Assembly: GCA_903922605.1 (NCBI GenBank)
Contig: CAIXUG010000080.1
Span: 7,526-71,525, forward strand
From: an uncultured Verrucomicrobiota bacterium
GTDB taxonomy: Bacteria; Verrucomicrobiota; Verrucomicrobiia; Limisphaerales; UBA9464
Reading direction: 5' to 3'
Length of the DNA stretch: 64,000 bases
The notes under the pieces were generated by a model that was not told where the DNA came from, searched no databases, and saw nothing but the letters and a program-made list of their open reading frames with translations. Each line of letters opens with the position of its first letter. Position 1 is the stretch's first letter. Positions 12,980-22,103 of this stretch are shown piece after piece. Position numbers and translations under genes: made by a program.

Positions 12980-15304
12980 ATGAAAGTCCGCCCTGATTTT
13001 GTTGCCACGATTGGCGCTCTCGCGCTGATGGCGGGCGCTTTTCCAGCCGAGGCCCAGCTTCCGCTGGCGCGGCTGAACTGGATTTTCCCGGCGGGCTTTC
13101 GCGCAGGCACCACGAACGAACTGACGGTTTCGGGCAGCAGCCTCGACGATCCGGCCGGCCTACGCTTTTCCGACGCACGCATCGTGGCCACGTCCAAGCC
13201 GGATAACGCCGCCGTGTACACCGTCATCGTCCCGCCCGAAGTGCCGCCGGGTTTTGTGGATGTCCGGTTCACAGGCCGGTTCGGCGTGTCGAATCCGCGC
13301 GCGCTGGCCATCGGCGACACGCCGGAGTTTACCGGGCCGACGACGAACACCTCCGCCGGGACCGCGCTCGATCTGCCTTTGGATTCCATGGTGAACGGGC
13401 GGACGGCGGCGAACACCGCCAGCTGGTTCCGCTTTGCCGCGAAGGCCGCCCAGCGGCTCGTGATCCGCACGCAGTCGCGCGAGCTGGACTCGCGAATCGA
13501 GCCCATGCTCGTCGTCCTCACGGCCGACGGCCGCGAACTCAGCCGCTCCCGGCGCGGCTTCCTGGATTTTACCGCGCCGGCGGATGGCTCCTTCCTGCTC
13601 CAGCTCCACGACCAGACTTTCCGCGGCGGCGACGACTTCGCCTACCGGCTGACGGTCACGGCCGGCGCGCAGCTCGAGTTCGCGCTGCCCAACGTGCTGC
13701 GCGCGGGCGAAACCAATTTCGTGACGCTCTACGGCCATAACCTGCCCGGGGACGAGCGCAGTACGGTCACCGATGCCGATGGGCGTCCGCTGGACCGGCT
13801 TGGGGTCGAGGTGATCGCCCCGGCCCTCGGCGGAACCCCCGTGGAAATGATCCGCAAACCCGCTGCCGCGATGCTGGCGGGCGAGGCCTTCGCCTGGCGG
13901 TTTGGCTCGACCAATGGCAGCTCCAATCCCCTGCTCTTCACCCTGACGACGAATCCGGTGTTCGTATCGCTCACCAACGGGATCGTGTCGGTCACGCCTC
14001 CGTGCGAGTTCTCCGGCCTCTTCCCCAAACGCGGCGAATTGAACGGCGTCATGTTCGAGGCCAAAAAGGGCGACGTGCTGTGGCTGGAGCTGTGGGGCGA
14101 ACGGCTCGGCCAGGCCTGCGATCCCTTTGCGCTGCTGCAACGCGTGACGAAAAATGACAAGGGCGAGGCGCAGTACGGGGATCTGCAGGAGTTCAACGAC
14201 GGCGACACCAATGTGGGCGGACGCGATTTCAACACCGCGACCCGCGATCCGGCGGGCCGGATCGAGATCAAGGAGGACGGCAGCTACCGCATCCTGGTGC
14301 GCGACCTGTTCAACGCCGGAGCGACCAGTCCCCGCCATCCGTATCGGCTGAGTCTCCGCCGTGAGACTCCTGACTTCCGCCTCGTCGCCCTGCCCCAACC
14401 ACCGCCCAAGGCCAAGGACGACGACCGGCAGATACACGTCGCCAGCACTTTCCTCCGGCGGGGTGAGACGCTGCCGGTCCGGGTGCTGGCGCTGCGCCGC
14501 GACGGCTTCAATGGCGACATCGAAATCACCGCCACCAACCTGCCGGCCGGCGTTTCGGTGACACCCGGGCGCATCGTCGCCGGACAGAATGCCGGGCAAC
14601 TGCTGCTGACCGCCGCCGAAGGGGCGACCGGTTGTACCAATGTCCAATTCCTTGGCCGCGCGGTGATTGGCGTCGACGAAGTTTCGCGGATCGCCTCCTT
14701 GGGCACCGTAATCTGGCCGGTGGGCGACTACGATCAGGAGGCGGTCGCCACGCGGTTGGACCGGGATGCGTCCGTTGCGGCGGGCTCGGCCGAATGGGCT
14801 CCGGTCACCCTGCAACCGGCGGAGGCAAAAACATACGAGGTGACCGTGGACGGCAAACTCACACTGCCACTGAAAGTCACCCGGCGCGGCGACTTCAACG
14901 CCGCCTTCAACGTAAAGCCCTTTGGCAATCCCGCGCTCGACAAGGCAAAGGACATCTCCATTGCTGAAAAGGCCACCAACGCGACTGTGGAGATCAACCT
15001 CGCAGAACTGAAACTGCCCGAGGGCACGCACACGCTGTGGGTTCAGGGCGTCGTCGGCGGCAAATACCGTAATAATCCCGAGGCGCTGACGGCCGCCGAA
15101 GCCGAGCTGAAAGAGGTTGAGAAAAACCTGGCCGCCGCGCCCGCCGCCGAAAAACCGAAACTCGAGGAGCGCAAAAAAACAGTCGAGGCGAAGCGCAAGG
15201 CTGCCGAGGAACGGGCGAAGCCAGCGGATGTCACGGTGGCGGTCTATTCGCAGCCCTTCCTCGTGAAAGTTTCGCCCGCGCCCAAGCCGGAGGTGAAAAA
15301 GTGA
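12980..15304 (+). CDS. PPC-like (pre-peptidase C-terminal) domain protein of DUF1501/DUF1553 clusters
   Basis: Signal peptide, IFPAGFRAGTT..LTVSG..LDD, GRFGVSNPRAL, DFTAPADGSF, YRLSLRRETPDFRL, RRDGFNGDI, C-terminal coiled coil. No catalytic protease motif seen. Confidence 0.8.
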   Translation: MKVRPDFVATIGALALMAGAFPAEAQLPLARLNWIFPAGFRAGTTNELTVSGSSLDDPAGLRFSDARIVATSKPDNAAVYTVIVPPEVPPGFVDVRFTGRFGVSNPRALAIGDTPEFTGPTTNTSAGTALDLPLDSMVNGRTAANTASWFRFAAKAAQRLVIRTQSRELDSRIEPMLVVLTADGRELSRSRRGFLDFTAPADGSFLLQLHDQTFRGGDDFAYRLTVTAGAQLEFALPNVLRAGETNFVTLYGHNLPGDERSTVTDADGRPLDRLGVEVIAPALGGTPVEMIRKPAAAMLAGEAFAWRFGSTNGSSNPLLFTLTTNPVFVSLTNGIVSVTPPCEFSGLFPKRGELNGVMFEAKKGDVLWLELWGERLGQACDPFALLQRVTKNDKGEAQYGDLQEFNDGDTNVGGRDFNTATRDPAGRIEIKEDGSYRILVRDLFNAGATSPRHPYRLSLRRETPDFRLVALPQPPPKAKDDDRQIHVASTFLRRGETLPVRVLALRRDGFNGDIEITATNLPAGVSVTPGRIVAGQNAGQLLLTAAEGATGCTNVQFLGRAVIGVDEVSRIASLGTVIWPVGDYDQEAVATRLDRDASVAAGSAEWAPVTLQPAEAKTYEVTVDGKLTLPLKVTRRGDFNAAFNVKPFGNPALDKAKDISIAEKATNATVEINLAELKLPEGTHTLWVQGVVGGKYRNNPEALTAAEAELKEVEKNLAAAPAAEKPKLEERKKTVEAKRKAAEERAKPADVTVAVYSQPFLVKVSPAPKPEVKK

Positions 15305-15372
15305 GCGCGCTAGGTTTTTTCATCCATGGCTCCAGCCCTTCAAAAAGGGCTGCCCACTCAGAGCCGGTGAAG

Positions 15373-15519
15373 GAGTCGCGAAGCGTCTTGGACTGCGCGA
15401 GCCCTCTCGCGCTTTCGGCAGCCGGACGGATGGAAGAATGGCTGAACCACGCTCTCAGTCGTTGGCTTTCCCAACCAAAGCGGCAGAGGACTGCCGCAGT
15501 CCAAGACGCTTCGCGACTC
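15373..15519. repeat. REP-like inverted-repeat doublet
   Basis: gagtcgcgaagcgtcttggactgcg (15373-15397) is the exact reverse complement of 15495-15519. Internal hairpins gcgagccctctcgc and gcggcagaggactgccgc. Confidence 0.8.
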
Positions 15520-15540
15520 TGCCGGCATTCTGACCGATCG

Positions 15541-17868
15541 ATGGCAGTCTTAATGCGCCCGCTACTCGGCGCCTTGCTCGCATTGGGCTTGCCCTTAGGG
15601 CACGCGTTTGCGTCCGAGGCCGTCATTCCGGTAACCCGGCCGGACCGCACAGCGCCCGTGGATTTCTATCGTGAGGTTGTGCCGGTGCTCCAGGCGAACT
15701 GCCTGCCCTGCCACAACAAGACCACGACCAAGGCCGACCTGCTCCTCGAAACCCCGGCGAACATGCTGAAGGGCGGCGAATCGGGCCCGGCCATCGTGCC
15801 GGGCAAATCCGCCGAGTCGCTCCTGCTCAAGGTGGCGACCCACGAGGAAAAGCCGCGCATGCCGCCCAAGGAAAACAAGGTCAACGCAGTCAACCTAAAA
15901 CCCGAAGAGCTGGGCCTGCTCGCGCTATGGATCGACCAGGGGGCAAAGGCTTCGGAGAAATACGAGGAAGCCATCGCCTGGCAGTCCCTGCCCGATGCTC
16001 TGAATCCGATCCTGGCCGTCGCGGTCACCGAGGATGGCCGCTATGCCGCCTGCGGACGGGGCAATCACATCGACGTCTATCAGCTTCCGTCGGGCCAGCT
16101 TCTAGGCCGACTTGCGGACAGCGGCCTGGCCGGAACTGGCGACTCAGCCGCGGCGCATCGCGACGTGGTGAATTCGCTCGCCTTCAGCCCCGACGGAAAC
16201 CGGATCGCCTCCGGTGGCTTCCGCGAGGTCAAGCTGTGGCACCGGACTTTCGCCAGCACGCCAGCGGCGGTGACCAATGGCCAGCCCCCCAAACAAGGTG
16301 CCTCCGTCCAGCTGAGTCCGGATGGAAAATTCCGGCTGACTCTGACCAACGGGGTAGTGCTCTTGTCCGATGCCGGCACCAAACAATTCGTGGCCGCTCT
16401 CGTGACCGATGCCGCTGCCGAGGCGGCCATTGAGCAGGTGGAGCGTTCGCTGGTCCGGCTGCGCGCGGAACGGGACCTGCACCAGGCTTCATTGGAGGCC
16501 GCGCGCAAGGAGCATGACGCCCAACGCGAACGTGTAAAAAAGGCGGATGAGGCGCTGGCAGCGGCCACCAAAGCCCTGACCGACAAGGAACCGAACTGGG
16601 AGACGGCCAAAAAGAACCGCCTCACCGCCGAGCTGGATCAGGCCCGCGTGTTCCGTTCCTCCACCGGTGCCACCAATGCCGTCGATCAGAGAAAAAAGGC
16701 GGGCGAGAAAACAGAGGCGGCCGCCAAGGCGGTGGAACAGGCGGAGCAGGAGCTGAAACCGCTCCGGCAAAAACTGGATTCCGCCCGCAACGAGTCTGAA
16801 CTCGCACGCACGGGCGTCGTGCGGGCCGAGACCGTTCTGCTCGCGGCCGAATACCATCGGCGAATGGTGGATGGGGAGATTGCCACTGCCGAGACGGAGT
16901 TGCACTCGGCGGTTGGCCGGGCCGCCCACGCCGTCACCCCGGCTCTGGCGGCGGCGTTTTCCACCGACAGCCGCTGGGCGGCCACCGCCCACGAGGATGG
17001 GACCGTCCGCCTCTGGAATTCTGCCGACGCCACCCCGGTCGAAGTCATTCCGGCCGGATTTCGCGCAACCGCCATCGCGTTCGCCGATGAGCGCACGCTC
17101 AGCCTCTGGCCGGCCAGCGGGGCCGCGCAGATGTTTGCGCTGCAGCCATCCTGGGTTTTGGAGCGCACGTTGGGCGGGGCGACCAACTCCGCTTTCGCCG
17201 ACCGTGTCACCGCGCTCGCCTTCCACCCGGACGGAACTCGTCTGGCCGTGGGTGGCGGCGAGCCTACTCGCGGTGGTGATCTGCAAATTTGGGATCCGGT
17301 CGGCGGAAAGCTGCTCTATTCTATCAGCAGCCTGCACAGCGACACCGTGCTTGCCCTGGCCTACTCGCCCGATGGCAACCGTCTGATCTCCGGGGGCGCG
17401 GACCGCTTTGCGCGCCTCGTGGATACGGCGATGGCCCGGCAGACCCACGCCTTGGAAGGGCACACCGGGCATGTGCTCGGCGTCGCCTGGTCGCCCGATG
17501 GCCAGACGGTGGCCACCAGCGGGGCAGATGGCGTCGTGAAGCTGTGGAATCCGGTGAACGGCGAAAAACGAAAGCAGGGACCGGTCATCGGCCGGGAAGT
17601 CACCGCCGTCGCCGTCGTCGGCAACAGCCGCCGGCTGGTGGCCGCTTCGGGTGAGAACGAGCTGCGGGTGCTCAATGAAAATGGCGAACGCACGCTCGGT
17701 CTGAAAGGCCCGACCGACTTCACCTATTCGGTTGCCGCCACCGCCGACGGGCACTGGCTGGTGGCCGGCGGTCAGGACGGCGTGCTGCGGGTCTGGCACC
17801 CCGATCAGGCTGACCCCACGCTTCAGCTTAAGCCCGCCGCCCCGTTAACGACGGCCGTCAGCCGGTAG
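15541..17868 (+). CDS. Planctomycete-type cytochrome c domain + WD40 repeat protein with coiled-coil insertion
   Basis: VDFYREVVPVLQANCLPCH...GGESGPAIVPGK...RMPP...WIDQGA, several WD40 blades (AHRDVVNSLAFSPDG, GHTGHVLGVAWSPDG) and a long Ala/Glu/Lys helix. Start moved downstream of the REP element. Confidence 0.88.
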   Translation: MAVLMRPLLGALLALGLPLGHAFASEAVIPVTRPDRTAPVDFYREVVPVLQANCLPCHNKTTTKADLLLETPANMLKGGESGPAIVPGKSAESLLLKVATHEEKPRMPPKENKVNAVNLKPEELGLLALWIDQGAKASEKYEEAIAWQSLPDALNPILAVAVTEDGRYAACGRGNHIDVYQLPSGQLLGRLADSGLAGTGDSAAAHRDVVNSLAFSPDGNRIASGGFREVKLWHRTFASTPAAVTNGQPPKQGASVQLSPDGKFRLTLTNGVVLLSDAGTKQFVAALVTDAAAEAAIEQVERSLVRLRAERDLHQASLEAARKEHDAQRERVKKADEALAAATKALTDKEPNWETAKKNRLTAELDQARVFRSSTGATNAVDQRKKAGEKTEAAAKAVEQAEQELKPLRQKLDSARNESELARTGVVRAETVLLAAEYHRRMVDGEIATAETELHSAVGRAAHAVTPALAAAFSTDSRWAATAHEDGTVRLWNSADATPVEVIPAGFRATAIAFADERTLSLWPASGAAQMFALQPSWVLERTLGGATNSAFADRVTALAFHPDGTRLAVGGGEPTRGGDLQIWDPVGGKLLYSISSLHSDTVLALAYSPDGNRLISGGADRFARLVDTAMARQTHALEGHTGHVLGVAWSPDGQTVATSGADGVVKLWNPVNGEKRKQGPVIGREVTAVAVVGNSRRLVAASGENELRVLNENGERTLGLKGPTDFTYSVAATADGHWLVAGGQDGVLRVWHPDQADPTLQLKPAAPLTTAVSR

Positions 17869-17973
17869 TCGATCAGGCCGCCGTAAGTTGCTGCGAGTGG
17901 AGCGTTGGCGACACCCACGCTCAGGCGTCGCGAGGAAAGTTGCGCCCGGGCCACTGGCAACGATTCTCGGCGC

Positions 17974-18771
17974 GTGAAACGGTTGGAACTGAACAGAGAC
18001 GGCTACTTCGGCGAACGCATCGACCTCGACGCGACCCTGGCAGACTGTCAGACGCAGGCGAAACGTCACGGTTGGGCGGTCGAAGAATTCCCGGCCGGCC
18101 ACCAGAAGCTCCTCGCCTTTCACCGCCCCGGTCTCCGAGCCGACTCGAAGCGGATTTATCTCTCCACGGGCATGCACGGCGATGAGCCCGCCGGCCCGCG
18201 CGCCGCCCTGCGGCTGCTCGAGGAAAATCTCTGGCCCGACGCCGAGCTCTGGCTGCTGCCCTGCCTGAACCCCGACGGCATCCGGGCGAATACCCGTGGC
18301 AATGCCGACCTCATCGACATCAACCGGGATTACCGCCATTTCCGGACGCCGGAGGCCCGTGGGCATGTCGAATGGCTGAAACGCCAGCCTAACTTCGACC
18401 TCACGCTGCTCCTGCATGAGGACTGGGAATCGCATGGTTTCTATTGTTACGAGCTGAATCCCGACGGCGAGCCTTCCCTGGCCGAGGCCATGATCGAGGC
18501 CGTGCGCCCGATCTGCCCCATCGATGCCTCGGAAGTCATCGACGGACGGACTTCCAGCCATCCGGGCATCCTCCGGCCCCAGGAATGGCCCGACTTCAAA
18601 CCGCTCGAACGCCCCGAATGGCCGGAGGCTCTTTGGATCGCCATGAACCGGGCACGGCATAATTACACCCTCGAAGCGCCCAGCGACTGGCCGCTGCCGG
18701 TGCGTGTCAATGCGCTCGTCGCCGCCGTTCGCGCGGCGATGGAGCGTTGCGGTGCAATGACAGTGAAGTAG
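17974..18771 (+). CDS. M14 family zinc carboxypeptidase (MpaA/AstE-like)
   Basis: GMHGDEPAG, LPCLNPDG, DINRDY, LHEDWES, TLEAPS motifs. GTG start at 17974. Confidence 0.85.
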   Translation: MKRLELNRDGYFGERIDLDATLADCQTQAKRHGWAVEEFPAGHQKLLAFHRPGLRADSKRIYLSTGMHGDEPAGPRAALRLLEENLWPDAELWLLPCLNPDGIRANTRGNADLIDINRDYRHFRTPEARGHVEWLKRQPNFDLTLLLHEDWESHGFYCYELNPDGEPSLAEAMIEAVRPICPIDASEVIDGRTSSHPGILRPQEWPDFKPLERPEWPEALWIAMNRARHNYTLEAPSDWPLPVRVNALVAAVRAAMERCGAMTVK

Positions 18772-18786
18772 TCTCCGCCACCTCGG

Positions 18787-20049
18787 ATGAATTCACTTCT
18801 TACCAGCGAGCCGGCGGCGGCACCGATCACCTTTCGCGAGCGGAAGACCGTCGTGACCGCCAACCCGTCCGTGACGCGGACGGACGCGCCGGTCCGCAGC
18901 CTTTACGTCCACGTCCCTTTCTGCGCGCACAAGTGTGAGTATTGCGCCTTCTACTCGGCGCCGCCGTCTGGCGACATCATCGGACGTTACGTGAACGCGT
19001 TGGTGCGGGAGCTGGAGCTGATTGCGCCGGACTGCCGCCCCGACACGATCTTTTTCGGCGGCGGCACCCCGTCGCTGCTCACGATCAAGCAATGGGAAAC
19101 CGTGCTGGGCGCGATGCAGCGGCTTGGCCTCACTGGCGCAGCCGAATGGTCCGTCGAGTGCAACCCCGCCACCGTCTCCGCCGACAAGGCGAAGCTGCTG
19201 CACGATGCCGGGGTAAACCGCATTTCCATGGGCGTGCAATCGCTCGACGAGACGCTGCTGGAGCGGCTCGGGCGCATCCACTCGCGCGAGCAGGTTTTCC
19301 GCAGTCTGGACATCCTACGCGCGGCCGGCTTTGCCAATGTGAACATCGACCTGATGTTCGCCATCCCCGGCCAGACCATGGAGCTGTGGCACCGCACGCT
19401 CGACGAGGCGCTGGCGCTGGGGACCGAACACCTGAGCTGTTACGAGGTCATCTACGAGGACGACACGCCGCTCTACGAACAGCTGAAGGCCGGTGAGTTC
19501 GACGTGGACGAGGAGCTTGCCTGCGCAATGTACGACGCGCTGATCGACCGCGCCAGTGCCGCCGGATTCCACCAGTACGAGATCGCCAATTTCGCCCGGA
19601 ATCGTGACCCAGCCGCCGCGCCCGCGTCCCCGGCCATCCCCGACTACGCCTGCCAGCATAACATCGGCTATTGGCGCGGACGGGACAGCTACGGTATCGG
19701 CCCCAGTGCTAGCGAATACGTGCGCGGCCTGCGCGCGAAGAACTGGGCCAACACCACCCTCTGGATCGAGCAGTTGGAAAAAGGCCGCCGCGCCAAGGAG
19801 CTCGCCGAGGCGCTGTCGCCGTTGGCCCGGGCGGGCGAGCTGGCCGCCTTCGGCCTGCGCATGAACGCGGGCTGGCCCCTGGCCGAATTCACCGAACGCA
19901 CCGGCTTCGACCTGAAATCCGAATGGCGAAGCGAACTCGACCGGCTGGTGGCCTGCGGCTGGGGCGAAATGACCCCGGATTCATTCCGCCTCACCCGCCA
20001 AGGGCTGCGCTATGCGGATACGGCGGCGGAGATGTTCCTGCGGACGTAA
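18787..20049 (+). CDS. hemW: Radical SAM heme chaperone HemW (HemN-like)
   Basis: LYVHVPFCAHKCEYCAF (CxxxCxxC), FFGGGTPS, NRISMGVQS, YEIANF, HNIGYW. Confidence 0.88.
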   Translation: MNSLLTSEPAAAPITFRERKTVVTANPSVTRTDAPVRSLYVHVPFCAHKCEYCAFYSAPPSGDIIGRYVNALVRELELIAPDCRPDTIFFGGGTPSLLTIKQWETVLGAMQRLGLTGAAEWSVECNPATVSADKAKLLHDAGVNRISMGVQSLDETLLERLGRIHSREQVFRSLDILRAAGFANVNIDLMFAIPGQTMELWHRTLDEALALGTEHLSCYEVIYEDDTPLYEQLKAGEFDVDEELACAMYDALIDRASAAGFHQYEIANFARNRDPAAAPASPAIPDYACQHNIGYWRGRDSYGIGPSASEYVRGLRAKNWANTTLWIEQLEKGRRAKELAEALSPLARAGELAAFGLRMNAGWPLAEFTERTGFDLKSEWRSELDRLVACGWGEMTPDSFRLTRQGLRYADTAAEMFLRT

Positions 20050-20059
20050 GCGCAGGACG

Positions 20060-20092
20060 AAAAAGAAACGGCGTGGATGAGCATCCACGCCG
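20060..20092 (-). terminator. Rho-independent terminator of the DUF5069 gene
   Basis: Stem cggcgtggat/atccacgccg with a 4-nt loop, preceded on + by aaaaagaaa (U-tract on the minus strand). Lies between converging genes. Confidence 0.7.
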
Positions 20093-20128
20093 GTCAGTTA
20101 AAAATGCGGAATCAGTCTGCGGCCGAAA

Positions 20129-20572
20129 TTACTTCAGCACGGCCTGGTGGAATTCGTACCAGTCGTCGAGGTTGTTCACGTTGATGGCGTCGGGCAGGAC
20201 CGAGCCGTCGTCCGGCAGGCCGTTCGCGGCGAGCACGCCCTTCCGCACCTCGTCGGTGTGGATGTAGCCCGCGATGCTCACGTTGAGTTTGTGGATATTG
20301 CCCTTGGTCAGGTTCACGCCGGGCTGGGTTTTGATCCAGGCCTCGAACTGCGGATAGGTCGGCCGGGTGGCAATGAAGGCCTTCACCGCGTCGGCCTTCA
20401 GGCCAAGCCCGTTCACAACCATCATGTCGTAACCCTGGCCACAGCCCGGATAGCCGGGGGCCAGTTTTCCGGCGGCTTCAAGGGAAGACTTGAGCCAGAG
20501 GCGCGGCAGGTGGAGGACGCCCAGCGGACCGGCGACGCCGGAGCTGATGAGGGGAACGTAGGATTCACTCAT
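20129..20572 (-). CDS. DUF5069-like protein
   Basis: VPLISSGVAGPLGVLHLPRLWLK...GYD...PTYPQFEAWI...NLDDWYEFH. Start trimmed to MSESY. Confidence 0.75.
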   Translation of the reverse strand: MSESYVPLISSGVAGPLGVLHLPRLWLKSSLEAAGKLAPGYPGCGQGYDMMVVNGLGLKADAVKAFIATRPTYPQFEAWIKTQPGVNLTKGNIHKLNVSIAGYIHTDEVRKGVLAANGLPDDGSVLPDAINVNNLDDWYEFHQAVLK

Positions 20573-20659
20573 GGGATGTGCAGATTGCGGTGTGAGATTT
20601 GGAACGCGACCATTTTTGCGGGCCAACCCGGAATCGGGCAAATGGTTTCGGTCCCGTTT

Positions 20660-21871
20660 TCAGATGCGCAGGAAGATTTTGTTCCGCCGCATCCAGAGCA
20701 GGATCAGCCATTCGACCAGAAGGATGGTTGCGCCAAAGACGAACGGCTCATAGTCACCCGCAAAGCCGAAGAAGTTCTGCCCCAGATGGGTCTTCAGGTT
20801 CTTCGCGATGAAACTCTCCCAAAGATGGGCGATGCAGTAGGCGGCGATGGAGTTGGTGCCCACGACGACGAGCGGGAAGACCCAGCGTTTCCAACCCTTC
20901 AGATCCACCAAGGCGTAGAAACCGGCCAGCAGCAGGCAGCAGATGCCGCCGCTGTAAAGCACCCAGGTCGGCGTCCAGATCTTCTTCACGATGGGACAGA
21001 TGCCGAGTGCTTCCAGCGTGCAGCCGAGCGCGATGCCGATGACACCGGCACAGGCCAGCCATTTCACCTTGGCGGCGCCGGTCCGTTCGCTGCGCAGCAC
21101 GCCGCCCGCAAGCAGGCCCAGCACCATGGTGCCGAGCGTCGGGATGAAGCTGATCGTGGAATAGCCGCCACCGTTGTAAACCCACGGCTTGGCGCGGGAG
21201 AACAGGTTCAGGAACCAGGTGTCAAAAGCCCAGGCGAGATTGCTGTTCTTCTGCCAGTGCGCGGCAAAGCCGGTGTGGCCGTGCTCCTGCAGCCAGGCGG
21301 CCGACACGCCCACATGGTCATAGTCGAAGTTGGCAGGCACGGGCCACAGCGCAAACGCCGCCCAGTAGCCCACGACGATCACGACAAATCCGATCCATTG
21401 GTCGCGGATGGGCCGAAGCCCGAGCAGGAATAGGAACACGTAACCCAGACCGATCTGGGAAAGCGTGTCCTCGAAGGTCCAGTTCGTCTGTGACGAGTGG
21501 GTCGAACGCAGGAATACCCCCAGCAGGATGAGCATCAGCGCCCGGAGGATGGCGTGGCCCACCATCTGGCCGTTCGTCTGCCCCCGGCTCAGGCGGGCGG
21601 CGATCGAGAACGGCAGCGCCACGCCCACAAGGAACGAGAACGACGGCTGAATCATGTCATGCAGCACGCAGCCGGTCCATTCGACGTGCGACTGATGATG
21701 GCACAGGAAGCCCCAGATACCCCCGCCTCCGACTTTGCTCGCGACGTCGCAGAAGCTGAGCACTTCCCCCATCATCAGCAGCATCACAAAGCCGCGATAG
21801 GCATCGAGGGAGGTGAGGCGGTTGGAGGAAAGTCCCAGCGGGGCTGGGGGAGCGGGGTCTGGGTTGCTCAT
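20660..21871 (-). CDS. DUF5009 / heparan-alpha-glucosaminide N-acetyltransferase-like membrane protein
   Basis: RLTSLDAYRG, DMIQPSFSFLVG, PIVKKIWTPTWVLYSGG, GTNSIAAY and many TM helices. Confidence 0.85.
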   Translation of the reverse strand: MSNPDPAPPAPLGLSSNRLTSLDAYRGFVMLLMMGEVLSFCDVASKVGGGGIWGFLCHHQSHVEWTGCVLHDMIQPSFSFLVGVALPFSIAARLSRGQTNGQMVGHAILRALMLILLGVFLRSTHSSQTNWTFEDTLSQIGLGYVFLFLLGLRPIRDQWIGFVVIVVGYWAAFALWPVPANFDYDHVGVSAAWLQEHGHTGFAAHWQKNSNLAWAFDTWFLNLFSRAKPWVYNGGGYSTISFIPTLGTMVLGLLAGGVLRSERTGAAKVKWLACAGVIGIALGCTLEALGICPIVKKIWTPTWVLYSGGICCLLLAGFYALVDLKGWKRWVFPLVVVGTNSIAAYCIAHLWESFIAKNLKTHLGQNFFGFAGDYEPFVFGATILLVEWLILLWMRRNKIFLRI

Positions 21872-22103
21872 GGCAAAATCATACAATGGGGACGGCAAAA
21901 GAGGAGACGTAAACGTGCAGTCCAATAGTCATGCTCATTTTGCCCATCCGTGAGCGGCCTCTTGGTGCGCAAGCGACGCTTTTCCCGTCCAGTTCAAGGC
22001 AAGGTCTGGCAATTGGCATCGCCCAGCCCATAGCCGTCGGCGTTGAGCCAACGGCCGCCGGCCAGACAAACTTTTCGGTCATTTCCGCTGATCTTTTGCG
22101 AAC

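Noticed and set aside
12652-13521. N-terminal 290 aa of the 459-aa minus-strand ORF
   Set aside because: Much of it is antisense to the PPC gene. Only the last 169 aa look like a real domain.
13160-15031. Long antisense ORFs (also 6539-7786, 9685-10944, 29711-31174, 42584-44968, 48535-49791, 62067-63341)
   Set aside because: Shadow frames of well-supported genes in high-GC3 DNA, with no recognisable motifs.
15301-15540. 80-aa N-terminal extension of the WD40 ORF
   Set aside because: It runs through a REP doublet. The signal peptide begins at ATG 15541/15553.
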